A program made the position numbers and the translations under genes. A DNA stretch of 64,000 nucleotides from Candidatus Giovannonibacteria bacterium (GTDB lineage Bacteria > Patescibacteriota > Minisyncoccia > UBA11713 > 2-01-FULL-45-33), in NCBI GenBank assembly GCA_016432405.1, contig CP066687.1, positions 411,040 through 475,039 on the forward strand, given 5' to 3'. The notes under the pieces are model-generated. The model saw only the letters and a program-made list of their open reading frames with translations. It was not told where the DNA came from and searched no databases. The number at the start of each line of letters is the position of its first letter. Positions within the stretch are counted from its first letter, which is position 1. Below are positions 52,477 to 61,880 of the stretch, piece by piece.

Positions 52477-53445
52477 ATGGACTTCGAACTGCAAAAAAAA
52501 CTCGATGAAGCCCTTCGAGAATACGATGCCTTGGAGATGGATGTCGCCGAAAGCTTTAAGTGGACCAAAGATAAAGTGGTGAAGTTCGGAGAGCTCTCAA
52601 AACTGAAAGTCATGGTTGACGAATACGAAAAAGCGGACGAGGCCGGAAAAAAAGATATTGAAGAAAAACTGAAAGGCATGCTGGGTCTGGCAACCGGCGA
52701 AGACGGTAAAGAGAGAAACAAAGCGATTTTGGAAATTCGTGCCGGCGTCGGCGGAGACGAAGCCGCACTTTTTGCGTCCGACCTTTTAAACATGTATAAA
52801 AATTATGCCCAAAAACAGGGCTGGTGCTTTTCCGTTTTGGACGAGTCAAAAAATGATTTGGGCGGGCACAAAGAAGCGGTCGCCGAGATAAAAGGCAAAG
52901 ACGTTTACAGCGCACTGCGCCACGAATCCGGCGTGCATAGAATCCAGCGCGTGCCGGCTACGGAGAAATCCGGCAGAATCCATACCTCAACCGCTTCCGT
53001 GGCCGTTTTACCTGCGGCGGAAGAAAAAGAAATAGAAATAAAAGAGTCAGAATTGGAAGTGAGTTTTTCAAGGGCCGGAGGGCCGGGCGGGCAGAATGTG
53101 AATAAGGTGGAAACGGCGGTGCGCCTGCTTCACAAGCCGACCGGAATTATAATATCCTCGCGGACGGAACGGTCCCAGCAGGCAAACCGCGAGCGCGCTA
53201 TGGAGATTCTTCGCGCCAAACTTTTGGATGAAAAATTGAGAAAAGAAGAAGAGATGCTCCGTAAGGAAAGAAAAGAGCAAATCGGCACTGCCGACAGAAG
53301 CGAAAAAATCCGCACCTACAATTTTCTGCAGGACCGCGTCACCGACCACCGCCTTAAAAAATCCTGGCACAATATAGAGCGTATTCTGGACGGCGATTTA
53401 GACCCGATCGTTAAGGCGTTGGGGAAGTTTCAACAGGAACCATAG
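52477..53445 (+). CDS. prfA: Peptide chain release factor 1
   Basis: 322 aa. GGQ motif ([13 protein letters not shown]) and the PAT tripeptide anticodon motif ([14 protein letters not shown]), indicating RF1 rather than RF2. Confidence 0.85.
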   Translation: MDFELQKKLDEALREYDALEMDVAESFKWTKDKVVKFGELSKLKVMVDEYEKADEAGKKDIEEKLKGMLGLATGEDGKERNKAILEIRAGVGGDEAALFASDLLNMYKNYAQKQGWCFSVLDESKNDLGGHKEAVAEIKGKDVYSALRHESGVHRIQRVPATEKSGRIHTSTASVAVLPAAEEKEIEIKESELEVSFSRAGGPGGQNVNKVETAVRLLHKPTGIIISSRTERSQQANRERAMEILRAKLLDEKLRKEEEMLRKERKEQIGTADRSEKIRTYNFLQDRVTDHRLKKSWHNIERILDGDLDPIVKALGKFQQEP

Positions 53446-54850
53446 GTTCAGCAGGCAAAGCGTCAATGATACTAAACGGCGCATCGCTGTCATCCACAGT
53501 GCAGGAATAATCAGCGCACTCAACAAATATAACGTAATTACCAGAGGGGGGTAAAGATTGGCCATTTTTATCGATTAATTCAGCAAGCGGCGCGACTTTC
53601 CAGTCAACAAAACCGCTATTCGGGATGTTTTGAAAAATAATTTGTCCGAATCTGGTCGGCTCATCCAAAAGCCAAATGTTCAAATTGGCAGAAGCGGGAA
53701 CATCAGAAGAAACCCATTTAATGGTATAAGATTCGCCCGATACTAGATTCTCACCGCCATTCGGTGAGAGAATTGTTAAATAAGGATATCCCTTGGGGGG
53801 TTCAAGAGGTTCAACAGGAACGGAAGGAGGAACGGTTTTCACAATGTCTATTCTTGCATGGTCATCGACTCGCCAAGGTTTACTCTCAAGATCAACGGCT
53901 CTATAACCAAATACATCAATTACATAGTTGCCTTCTGTTAAATCTTGTGGACAATTCTCCCGAACACAAGCGAGCGTGGAGCCAACTACCCATTCAAAAG
54001 AATTTGTGCCTTTGGGAAGTTCTGGCGAAATTGACCAGACGCTGACGGTTTGTGCGTCGCCTACATAGCCAGAAATTTCTATCCCATAGGTTACAAGGTC
54101 GCCGCTGTCCTCCCATTGAAAAGTTTGTTTCTCGCCCAATGTCCAAGTTTCCCCGCCGACGGGATAAGAAAGGGTAATAAAAGAGGAAGGTAGGATATAA
54201 AAAATGCTGTCGCTGTCATCGAAGACATCATTTTGAGGAGCATCTTTATCTACAACCCGGATTGAATAATCCTTGCCGGCCGGAAGCGTATCTGGAATTT
54301 TCCACTCAAAAAAACCTTCGTTTTTAATTACATCAGAAATCATCCCTTCCGGTCCAGCATAAGTATCGTCACCCTTGCGAAGTTTTATATAAACCTGCGG
54401 AACTTGCTCGGATTCCCATTTGATAGTATAAGTTTCGCCGCCCTTCAACTTCTCACCGCCATTCGGAGTCAAAACTTTTATAAAAGCTTTCGGACGGGGA
54501 GTTTCCTCGCTCTTGGCATTTCCTCCACCTCCTCCACCTCCCCCGCCACCACCTCCGCCGAAACCAGCATAAGGAAGAGCAACCATAAAGCTGCCGCTTG
54601 CTGGCTCGTCCTTTCCGGTTTTGTTGCGCAAAACATCTTTGAGCGGTTTCGGCTCCGGCGGCCTGAAAGCCGCGGATTCAATGGACTGCGGAGCCGTTAC
54701 CTTCAGTCCGGAGGGCAGGGTAAATTCTTTCATCACTAAGTCGAAAAACGCGGCTTCGGCAGGCACAACAAAAACCGCGAGCATAATGATTAAAATCGCT
54801 GGGAAATACGGGAAATAAAGGCTTTTTTGACTAAAACTCATATTGGCCAT
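53411..54850 (-). CDS. Secreted repeat protein with Kre9/KNH-like (SPNGGExLxxGxxYxIxW) domains and a Gly13 run
   Basis: 479 aa. N-terminal TM/signal. Two or three repeats [22 protein letters not shown] / [22 protein letters not shown]. Poly-Gly stretch GGGGGGGGGGGGG. Confidence 0.55.
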   Translation of the reverse strand: MANMSFSQKSLYFPYFPAILIIMLAVFVVPAEAAFFDLVMKEFTLPSGLKVTAPQSIESAAFRPPEPKPLKDVLRNKTGKDEPASGSFMVALPYAGFGGGGGGGGGGGGGNAKSEETPRPKAFIKVLTPNGGEKLKGGETYTIKWESEQVPQVYIKLRKGDDTYAGPEGMISDVIKNEGFFEWKIPDTLPAGKDYSIRVVDKDAPQNDVFDDSDSIFYILPSSFITLSYPVGGETWTLGEKQTFQWEDSGDLVTYGIEISGYVGDAQTVSVWSISPELPKGTNSFEWVVGSTLACVRENCPQDLTEGNYVIDVFGYRAVDLESKPWRVDDHARIDIVKTVPPSVPVEPLEPPKGYPYLTILSPNGGENLVSGESYTIKWVSSDVPASANLNIWLLDEPTRFGQIIFQNIPNSGFVDWKVAPLAELIDKNGQSLPPSGNYVIFVECADYSCTVDDSDAPFSIIDALPAEPMVPVETSPTP

Positions 54851-54947
54851 ATGATAGCAAACTCACCCCAAAATGTCAACAACAAAAAAGAGGGCCTCCT
54901 AGATATGCCGGGGGAAGCCCTCATAAATTATGAAACTGGCGCAAAAA

Positions 54948-55322
54948 TCATTTTTCTACTATTACACTAACTTTTATGAAGGTCCCTCCTTTCCCATCTG
55001 TCATGAACTTCACCAGATAAGGGACCATCTTCCCACAGCGCCACAATTGCCAGCGCTCGGTCCACCCGCCTGTACGCAAGCCACCACCTGGGAAACGTTT
55101 GCCCTTGGGCGGTTCAATGACATCAGCCCAAAGGATTACTCTTTCTTGGCGGCAGCTTGAGTAAGCCGCCATATCTGCCAAGATTAAAATCCGTGTTGCG
55201 TCTCTCTGTAATAAAGTATCTGCCACGGAACCAGGCAATGTCCTCGGTGCCTCGCTTTGTGCTATAGAATCATCCCCCACCATTAGCGCCAGCAAGCAAA
55301 AAACCCAAACAGCCACTTTCAT
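54948..55322 (-). CDS. Small secreted protein (hypothetical). Start refined to MKVAVWV.
   Basis: Signal peptide MKVAVWVFCLLALMVG, then a 100-aa domain with no recognised family. Confidence 0.4.
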   Translation of the reverse strand: MKVAVWVFCLLALMVGDDSIAQSEAPRTLPGSVADTLLQRDATRILILADMAAYSSCRQERVILWADVIEPPKGKRFPGGGLRTGGWTERWQLWRCGKMVPYLVKFMTDGKGGTFIKVSVIVEK

Positions 55323-55394
55323 GGGATTCTCCTTTCTTAAGATCAAATCCCGTTCATTATTTAGGATATTTAGAAATTTTGCAAGGGGCGCTAA

Positions 55395-55546
55395 CGCTGG
55401 GCGAATTGCTGGAGAAGATCAATCTGCTCCTGATATTTCTGCAGGACCGCGTCACCGACCACCGCATCAAAAAATCCTGGTACAATATCCAAAATATTAT
55501 GGCAGGAAACCTTGACATAATTGTTGACGAAATAATCAGTCGTTGA
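55395..55546. pseudogene. Chimeric junction of two gene-3'-end remnants: the C-terminal fragment of gene 55866..57203 (minus) abutting a C-terminal fragment of prfA (plus)
   Basis: 55395-55432 rc encodes LQKYQEQIDLLQQFAQR*, versus the real KKYQEQIDLLQELAQR* at 55866. 55436-55546 encodes [36 protein letters not shown], versus the prfA end [30 protein letters not shown]... The first about 50 nt are nearly identical to prfA 53322-53372, then diverged. Confidence 0.6.
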
Positions 55547-55788
55547 TAGAACGCAAGTTTGTCTTTTCCGAAGATGGGCTTTTAGCCCTAGAAAAGCTAG
55601 GTGACGAACTTGGTCTAAAAGATAAAGGCGAGGTAATCAACCACGCGCTTGGGGTGTTAAAAAGCACCGTTGCGCAGATAAAAAGTGGGGGGTTGATAAT
55701 CTACACCAACCCCGATACCTGCGTCGCCAAAACGATAATTTTTGACGAGCTTGAGGCTTTACTACGCAAAGTGCCCACCACTGCTTAA
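55543..55788 (+). CDS. Hypothetical small protein
   Basis: 81-aa ORF followed by an AAACC-GCGGT-GGTTT hairpin plus a T-run. No family recognised. Confidence 0.3.
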   Translation: MIERKFVFSEDGLLALEKLGDELGLKDKGEVINHALGVLKSTVAQIKSGGLIIYTNPDTCVAKTIIFDELEALLRKVPTTA

Positions 55789-55865
55789 ACCGCGGTGGTT
55801 TTTATTTTTAGTTCTATAACAAAATCGACCGATCGGTCAGAAATGTTATATCGAATTAATTTTAT

Positions 55866-57203
55866 CTATCTTTGCGCTAGCTCTTGGAGCAAATCAATCT
55901 GCTCCTGGTATTTTTTGGCAATGGCCATGACGTCGTCGCCATAGAAGCGGTAGGCCTTTTTATTCCAATTGCTCCCGGCCAGGTATTTCATAGCGGCTGT
56001 CCACTCAGCGTTGTAATTTCCCGCTTTGGCGCCGTTGTCTTTTAGAAGCAAAGCCGCGGCCATAAACGCGTCTTTTGGTTCCCATGGCGAGGGCGGATTA
56101 TTTCCGGTGCGCCTGGCAACGGCGTTTTTATAAAGCTGCCAAGTCGTTGGGATAAACTGCGCCGGACCCATCGCTCCTCCGCAATATCCGTACCACGCTT
56201 TTTTTGAAACCGGCATAAGGTCGGGGTCCAAGCCAAGTTCCGAAGTTATCTGTAAAAACGCCTCTCTTTGCTTGGCGCACCTCGCGTGCGATAAATCTAT
56301 TCTCCAGTTTCCCTTGCCGACGTTTTGCCCAAGATTTGATTCTTCTGTAATCAGCCCCAGAAGAAACGCCGGCCGCACGCCCGTAGCTTTCTCGGCCAAA
56401 TCGGCGTATTCCAAGGCCTTTTCAAACGGGATGGACGGCGACCCGACCAAAAGGAAAAGCTGGCTCCGGATGCTTGCCGCGTTTTTTTGCTTGTCTTTGA
56501 GGACTTTTTGGTATTCGGATTCTTTCCCCTTGGTGTCTTTGAGCAATTTTTGTTTTTCTTTTTCGTTTTTCTCCAAGGCCTTTTTCTGCAATTCCTGCAA
56601 AGCCCGCAGTTCCAACTCTTCCCGCTTCTGTTCTTCCAGCTCGTCTCTGACTTTTTCCTCTTCTATTTTTAAACTGCTGAATTTCGCGAAGGCCTGCTGC
56701 AAAGACGCCTGCAGATTGTTAATTGACTGCAATTCCCCGAAGAATTCCGATACGTTGTCGTAAATCAAGGCGAGCTCCAAGGCGGAAAAATTATCGTTTT
56801 GCCTGACCTTGCGCAAAAATTCCGTAAGCGACTGCCGGGACGCGTTTATCTCGGCGACCAGCTCTTCAATATTTTTTGATTTTTGGTTTATATCTCCGAT
56901 TAATTTTTGGATGTTTAAAGTTCTGGCTTTGATTTCCAGTTTGGCTTTGGATATTTCGGCGTTCAAAATGTCTATCTCCCGCTTCAGCGAATCCGCTTCC
57001 GCCTGTTTGGCCTGAATCAATCCTTGATATTGGTCTATCTGCGTTTCGTACTCGCGGAGCTGCGTTTCCAGCTCCGCGCGGCGCGAATTAACCAGCGCTG
57101 GGTCAATCCCGTTAGAGGCGATGCCTCTAACGGGATCAACCTGGGCGTTGGCCAAAGACGCGGCAAGCAAAAAAACGCTTATTAAATTTATCAGATTACT
57201 CAT
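55866..57203 (-). CDS. Secreted coiled-coil protein with a C-terminal lytic-transglycosylase (MltB/Slt35-like) domain
   Basis: 445 aa. Signal peptide, about 250 aa of coiled coil. The C-terminal TEESNLGQN...GYCGGAMGPAQFIPTTW resembles the GxMQFMPxTW motif of family-3 lytic transglycosylases. Confidence 0.6.
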   Translation of the reverse strand: MSNLINLISVFLLAASLANAQVDPVRGIASNGIDPALVNSRRAELETQLREYETQIDQYQGLIQAKQAEADSLKREIDILNAEISKAKLEIKARTLNIQKLIGDINQKSKNIEELVAEINASRQSLTEFLRKVRQNDNFSALELALIYDNVSEFFGELQSINNLQASLQQAFAKFSSLKIEEEKVRDELEEQKREELELRALQELQKKALEKNEKEKQKLLKDTKGKESEYQKVLKDKQKNAASIRSQLFLLVGSPSIPFEKALEYADLAEKATGVRPAFLLGLITEESNLGQNVGKGNWRIDLSHARCAKQREAFLQITSELGLDPDLMPVSKKAWYGYCGGAMGPAQFIPTTWQLYKNAVARRTGNNPPSPWEPKDAFMAAALLLKDNGAKAGNYNAEWTAAMKYLAGSNWNKKAYRFYGDDVMAIAKKYQEQIDLLQELAQR

Positions 57204-57870
57204 TTTTTGGAGCGGCTTTGCCCGCCACGCCTTCTTCGGCTTCGGCTTTGGGCTTCTTGCTCAAAACTTCAATGGACTCCAAAGACGGCTCTGCGGCGGT
57301 TTCAGCCGCCTTTGGCTCTTCCTCTGCCCTCGGGGCTTCAACCACGGCAACCGTCTCAGACCGGCTATCCAACAAAGAAACCGCTGCCGGAATTTTTAAA
57401 TCGCTTATTAAAATGGAATTCCCTATGGTTTTGATGGCGGATATGTCAACGGAGATTGAGTGAGGCAGGTCATTCGGCAAGGCCTCGATTTTAAGAGAGT
57501 GCAAGACTTTAACCAAAACTCCCCCGGCTTTCACAGCCTCCGACTCTCCGACGAACTCCAAAGGCACGTCAACACGGATTTTTTTGTGCATATCCACCGC
57601 GTAAAAATCAGCGTGAACGGGCGTATCTTTTAAAGGGTCAATGGCAACGTCGTGTATCAGCACGTTTCTTTTATGCCCGCCTAAAACCAGCTCAATAACG
57701 GTGGATTCTCCGGCAAACCTCCAAGTCCTGTTGAAATCCGACTCTTTTACCGAAATCGGCTCCGCCGCCTTGCCGCCGCTATAAACCACGGCAGGCAAAA
57801 AGCCCTTGCTGCGCAAGATTTTTACTTTTTTACCCAAAATATCCCGCTTTTCGGCAGTTATTGACTGCAT
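57196..57870 (-). CDS. rplY: 50S ribosomal protein L25 / general stress protein Ctc
   Basis: 224 aa. N-terminal L25 domain (EKRDILGKKVKILRSKGFLPAVVYS) plus the Ctc C-terminal domain and an acidic tail. Confidence 0.85.
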   Translation of the reverse strand: MQSITAEKRDILGKKVKILRSKGFLPAVVYSGGKAAEPISVKESDFNRTWRFAGESTVIELVLGGHKRNVLIHDVAIDPLKDTPVHADFYAVDMHKKIRVDVPLEFVGESEAVKAGGVLVKVLHSLKIEALPNDLPHSISVDISAIKTIGNSILISDLKIPAAVSLLDSRSETVAVVEAPRAEEEPKAAETAAEPSLESIEVLSKKPKAEAEEGVAGKAAPKNE

Positions 57871-57895
57871 AAACTCAATATTACCCCGAAACGCG

Positions 57896-58867
57896 CTATT
57901 TTACAATATTAGGCGGTTCTTTGCCGGAAAGCGCCGCGATGATATTTTCGGCAGCCAACTCCGCCATCTTATCGCGCGTTGCTTCCGTGGCGGAAGCGAT
58001 GTGGGGAGTCAAAATAATATTTTCCAATTTTAAAAGCTCGGGTTCAATCACCGGCTCATTTTCAAAGACGTCAAGTGCGGCGCCTTTTATAATATTATTT
58101 TTCAAAGCTTCCGCTAAAGCTTTTTCATCAATTACTGGCCCGCGGGAAGTGTTAATCAGATACGCTGTGGGTTTCATAATCTTCAAACTCTCCGCGTTAA
58201 TCAAATGATGTGTCATCGGCAAAAGAGGGACATGGACGGAAACGAAATCCGCTTCTTTTAAAACTTCCTCCGCGCTCGCCCGAAACTGGGCGTTGAACTC
58301 TTTTTCAAAATTCTCGTTTCGCTTCACGTCGTAATAAACAACTTTCATGTCAAAACCGCGAACGGCATGGTGCGCCACTCTGGAACCAATTCTACCGAGA
58401 CCCAAAATCCCGAGCGTTTTTTTAGAAACATCCGCCCCCAAAAGCATCATCGGCTCCCAACCGTGGTATTTTCCCGCGCGGACAAATCTATCGGCCTCGG
58501 CAATGCGGTGAGCAATGGCAAGCATCAAAGCGAAAGTGTGTTCGGCCACGGTGTCAGTAAGCACGCCCGGCGTATTTGAAATCATAATCCCCGCTTTTTT
58601 GGCGGCTTCCAAATCAACATTATCAAAACCCACAGCCATATTGGCAAAAATTTTAACGCTTTCTTTTGCCGCCTCAAAAACATCGGCGTCCAATTTATCG
58701 GTAAGTAAAGCCAAAACCGCGTCCGGCTTAACTCGCTTAACTTGCTTAATTAGCTCGTCCTTAGTAAGCGCTCTGTCTTCCGGATTTACCTCCACCTCAT
58801 ATCCGGCGCTTTTTAGCTTACTTATCCCCGCCTCCGGAATTTTTCTGGTCACAAATATTTTAGGCAT
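57896..58867 (-). CDS. D-isomer-specific 2-hydroxyacid dehydrogenase (glyoxylate/hydroxypyruvate reductase-like)
   Basis: 323 aa. NAD-binding GLGRIGSRVAHHA and catalytic R/E/H context (SVHVPLLPMTHHLI...NTSRGPVID). Confidence 0.8.
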   Translation of the reverse strand: MPKIFVTRKIPEAGISKLKSAGYEVEVNPEDRALTKDELIKQVKRVKPDAVLALLTDKLDADVFEAAKESVKIFANMAVGFDNVDLEAAKKAGIMISNTPGVLTDTVAEHTFALMLAIAHRIAEADRFVRAGKYHGWEPMMLLGADVSKKTLGILGLGRIGSRVAHHAVRGFDMKVVYYDVKRNENFEKEFNAQFRASAEEVLKEADFVSVHVPLLPMTHHLINAESLKIMKPTAYLINTSRGPVIDEKALAEALKNNIIKGAALDVFENEPVIEPELLKLENIILTPHIASATEATRDKMAELAAENIIAALSGKEPPNIVK

Positions 58868-58958
58868 AAGTTTATTGTATCAAATTCAAAACCGCTTCAC
58901 CTCTTGACAAATTATGCTTTATTTTGCTAGTATTGTAGCTGGAAAGGAGGTGATAAAA

Positions 58959-59228
58959 ATGAAAAAGAGCTTGCGTTTTTTGCTAGTTCCGGTTTCTATT
59001 CTTGTGGTTTTTGGAGTGGTTTTTGGAGCCATTTGGACCGGAATTACTTTGACCGGTAGGCGAGCTTACGCCGCGCAAGAAAACTGCGAGAAGCTTTATC
59101 AAGAAGCCCAAAAAGCGCTAGAACTAAGTAAAAGTCCGCACATTTCCCATAATACCCACCGCATAGCGGACGGTATCTCAAAGGGCCTTGAATACATCAG
59201 ATGCCTAGATAAGCTGATTAAGCGCTAA
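58959..59228 (+). CDS. Hypothetical small membrane protein. Start refined to MKKSLRF.
   Basis: TM FLLVPVSILVVFGVVFGAIWTGITL, then a 55-aa soluble tail. Confidence 0.4.
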   Translation: MKKSLRFLLVPVSILVVFGVVFGAIWTGITLTGRRAYAAQENCEKLYQEAQKALELSKSPHISHNTHRIADGISKGLEYIRCLDKLIKR

Positions 59229-59235
59229 ACGCGTC

Positions 59236-59278
59236 CACGCTGCCGAGGAGAATAGCGATCCTCCCGGCAGTTTTTTTA
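59236..59278 (+). terminator. Rho-independent terminator
   Basis: Hairpin GCTGCCGAGGAG-AATAGCGA-TCCTCCCGGCAG followed by TTTTTTTATTTTATTT. Confidence 0.6.
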
Positions 59279-59356
59279 TTTTATTTAGAAATTTATAACA
59301 CGATAAAACAGCGATACATCGTTTTCTTCCGATCGTGAGAAAACAGTGTATGTATA

Positions 59357-59899
59357 TTAAAGACTAAAAAAATTACGTAAATTTTCGTCTTCAGTAATTT
59401 TCGCGGACTCTATCGCTACTAAATGGTTATCCAGATTAAAATCGCTCCACAAATCAAAGAAGTCTTTGGGCAAAGGATATGGATACGCCCAAACGCTTTT
59501 TTGAAGCTGGTAAAATCCAAAATCTTGCAATTCTTTTCTGAAAAAATCCCGACGCGCGCGGATACGCTCCGGAATATCAAAAATTAAGAGCCGCCATTTG
59601 CCGTCCCACTTCTTCGCTTTAGCCAGTTTTAGTTTGAGAAAAATCCTATCTGCTAATTTTTGACCCCTCTTCGTAAGAGAAAACGCTACTCGCCCGCCTT
59701 TCTGTCTTTCGCCAACTATTAAATCACGACTTCTTAGGCGATCAATGGCATTGCGGAAAGAACGTTTATTGGCGTGTTCGCAAAAAGTATGATAATAAGG
59801 ATGCGGCCAAAATGATTCAATAAAAATTTTACTTACCCCGCCGAGTATTAAAAGCGCGGCATCAGATAAAGTTGGCTCATAGATTATCCTTTTTCTCAT
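59357..59899 (-). CDS. PaaX-like regulator-domain protein (winged helix plus PaaX_C-like WDGxW...DIPE...QxSVW segment)
   Basis: KWDGKWRLLIFDIPERIRARRDFFRKELQDFGFYQLQKSVWAYP matches the PaaX C-terminal domain pattern. The gene is flanked by TCCGATCGT direct repeats and CAGTGTAT/ATACACTG inverted repeats. Confidence 0.45.
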   Translation of the reverse strand: MRKRIIYEPTLSDAALLILGGVSKIFIESFWPHPYYHTFCEHANKRSFRNAIDRLRSRDLIVGERQKGGRVAFSLTKRGQKLADRIFLKLKLAKAKKWDGKWRLLIFDIPERIRARRDFFRKELQDFGFYQLQKSVWAYPYPLPKDFFDLWSDFNLDNHLVAIESAKITEDENLRNFFSL

Positions 59900-59981
59900 G
59901 CAATTTTATGATACACTGAAATCCTCCGATCGTACAAATTCAGTGCACTATTGACAACTTATCATAGCTTATAGATAATTT

Positions 59982-60893
59982 TTATATTCGATCTTCTGCG
60001 CAGAATAAAATAAGTTTTTCTTTTACGATTTTTTTGACGGCTTCTCTGGCGGAAGAGTCAAATTTGTATGGCGCGACTTCATCGGGATTTTTGGAAAATT
60101 CTTCGCGTAAGGCCATCGTATAAGCCACGCGGATATCTGTGTTTATGTGGATATTCGCGATGCCCGCTCCGATCGCCGCCTTAATCTGTTCATCCGGTAT
60201 TCCAGACCCCCCATGCAACACCAGCGCGACATTTTTCGGCACTGCTTCCCTTATTTTTTTTATTCTTTCAATATCTAGAGTCGGCTCCCCCAGAGAAAGC
60301 CCGTGTATATTGCCGACGGCAATGGCTAGCCGGTTCACGCCGGTGCGCGAAATAAAGTTCTTAGCCGTGTCCGGATTGGTTAAATCTTCCGGCTTGACCG
60401 TTATTTTTTCTTTCTGTATTTTTGACTCCCCTCTCAAATACCCCAGCTCGCCCTCAACGCTTATCTGGAAATTTTTTCCACCCGAGGCGGATCCGCCTAT
60501 GGCGGAATTTTTCGCGTACTCAACAATTTCTTTGGTGCCGGCAACATTCTCTTCATACGGCTCCGCGGATAAATCAATGTGGATTGAATCGTACCCGGCA
60601 TCCACCGCTTTTTTTGCGGCCTCCACGCTTTTATGATGGTCGGAATTTAAAAAAACCGGAGTGCCAAGCTCTTTTCTAAAGGCATCGCGCAAAGCAACCG
60701 CCTCAAAATAACCCAGATGTTTTGCCTCGCCTTCAGATGTTCCGATTATTGCAGGAATTTCGATATTTCGATATTTCGATATTTCGAGTGCTGCTTCGCA
60801 GATTGCCCGGAATTGGTCGGACTCCGACGCGTTAAAATGCCCCGTCGCCCAACCTTCTTTCAGCGCTTTATTTAAATAATCATTCAGATTCAT
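59982..60893 (-). CDS. fba: Class II fructose-bisphosphate aldolase carrying an 8-nt tandem-repeat in-frame insert
   Basis: 303 aa. Zn ligand His residues (HLDHG-like SDHHKS, HGGSG) and EGELGYLRG. The inserted peptide ISKYRNIEI is encoded by ATATTTCG x3.5 at 60757-60787. Confidence 0.85.
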   Translation of the reverse strand: MNLNDYLNKALKEGWATGHFNASESDQFRAICEAALEISKYRNIEIPAIIGTSEGEAKHLGYFEAVALRDAFRKELGTPVFLNSDHHKSVEAAKKAVDAGYDSIHIDLSAEPYEENVAGTKEIVEYAKNSAIGGSASGGKNFQISVEGELGYLRGESKIQKEKITVKPEDLTNPDTAKNFISRTGVNRLAIAVGNIHGLSLGEPTLDIERIKKIREAVPKNVALVLHGGSGIPDEQIKAAIGAGIANIHINTDIRVAYTMALREEFSKNPDEVAPYKFDSSAREAVKKIVKEKLILFCAEDRI

Positions 60894-61879
60894 ATCAACT
60901 TAGGAATATAGTCAGCCGGGGCTTCTGATAAATATTTTTCCAATTTATAGCGGGTGAGCAACCCTTCGCGCGCGCCGACATACTGCACAACCGACATGGA
61001 ATTTATCGGCGCCCAACGGAGTGCTTCTTCAACGCGAAGGCCAAGGCAAAGCGCGACGATAAAAGTGGAAGAAAAAGCATCGCCCGCCCCCGTCCGCTCA
61101 AAGGGCGGCTTGGGGTCTGGGTAAGGAGGCATAAACCAAGCGGATGCGCCATCGTAAGCGCAAGCGCCCGCCGGGCCATCCGTAACCACGACGATTTTCG
61201 GGCCCAAATCCGCCAGATTCTTCATTAATTTTTTCACGTCTTTCTCGTTTGACTCTAAAATTCTCTGCGCCTCTTCTTTATTGCAGACAAAAACTTCCGT
61301 CCGTTTGTAAATGCCCACCAATTTTTTTCTTCCGAATTTCATCTGGAAAGTTCCCGGCTGGAAAGCTAGTTTTACCTTCGGGTGCTCGTTCATATATCTT
61401 TCAAAAACTTCGTGAAACGGAAGAGAATTTTCAGCCATTGAGGAAAAATAAACCCACTTGGGGTCGTTAAAATACGGCAGTTTATAATCGTATTCTTGGT
61501 GCTTGATTAAAAGAGTGCGGTCGTCTTCGTACCAAAGCACGTAGTGATAATTAGTTTTTTTGCCCGGGTGAGCTATAACAAATTCCGTCCCGACATTTTC
61601 TTTTTTAAGAGCGTCCAGGGCTTCCTGGCCAAAGTAATCGTCACCAACATTGGAAATCAGCGCGCTTTGAAGCCCCAAGCGCGAAGCGGCAACCGATGCG
61701 TTCGCGGCATTACCAACAGCAGGCACGACATAAACTTCTTCGTAAGGAATTTTGTCCTTGAATCGCAAACAGATCTCGCACTTTTCCTTGTTAATATTGC
61801 AATGCACCGACGCGTCTTTCAATTTAATAAACGCGTCGGTCGTGGAATCCCCTATCGCGATAAAATCATACTGCTTCAT
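60890..61879 (-). CDS. PfkB-family sugar/nucleoside kinase (ribokinase-like)
   Basis: 329 aa. GG dipeptide region and C-terminal TGAGDAF anion-hole motif. Confidence 0.75.
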   Translation of the reverse strand: MKQYDFIAIGDSTTDAFIKLKDASVHCNINKEKCEICLRFKDKIPYEEVYVVPAVGNAANASVAASRLGLQSALISNVGDDYFGQEALDALKKENVGTEFVIAHPGKKTNYHYVLWYEDDRTLLIKHQEYDYKLPYFNDPKWVYFSSMAENSLPFHEVFERYMNEHPKVKLAFQPGTFQMKFGRKKLVGIYKRTEVFVCNKEEAQRILESNEKDVKKLMKNLADLGPKIVVVTDGPAGACAYDGASAWFMPPYPDPKPPFERTGAGDAFSSTFIVALCLGLRVEEALRWAPINSMSVVQYVGAREGLLTRYKLEKYLSEAPADYIPKLI

Positions 61880-61880
61880 T

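Noticed and set aside
52477-53445. Possible RF2 with a programmed +1 frameshift
   Set aside because: The protein carries the PAT tripeptide motif (RF1), not SPF. The ORF is continuous, so no frameshift site is expected or seen.
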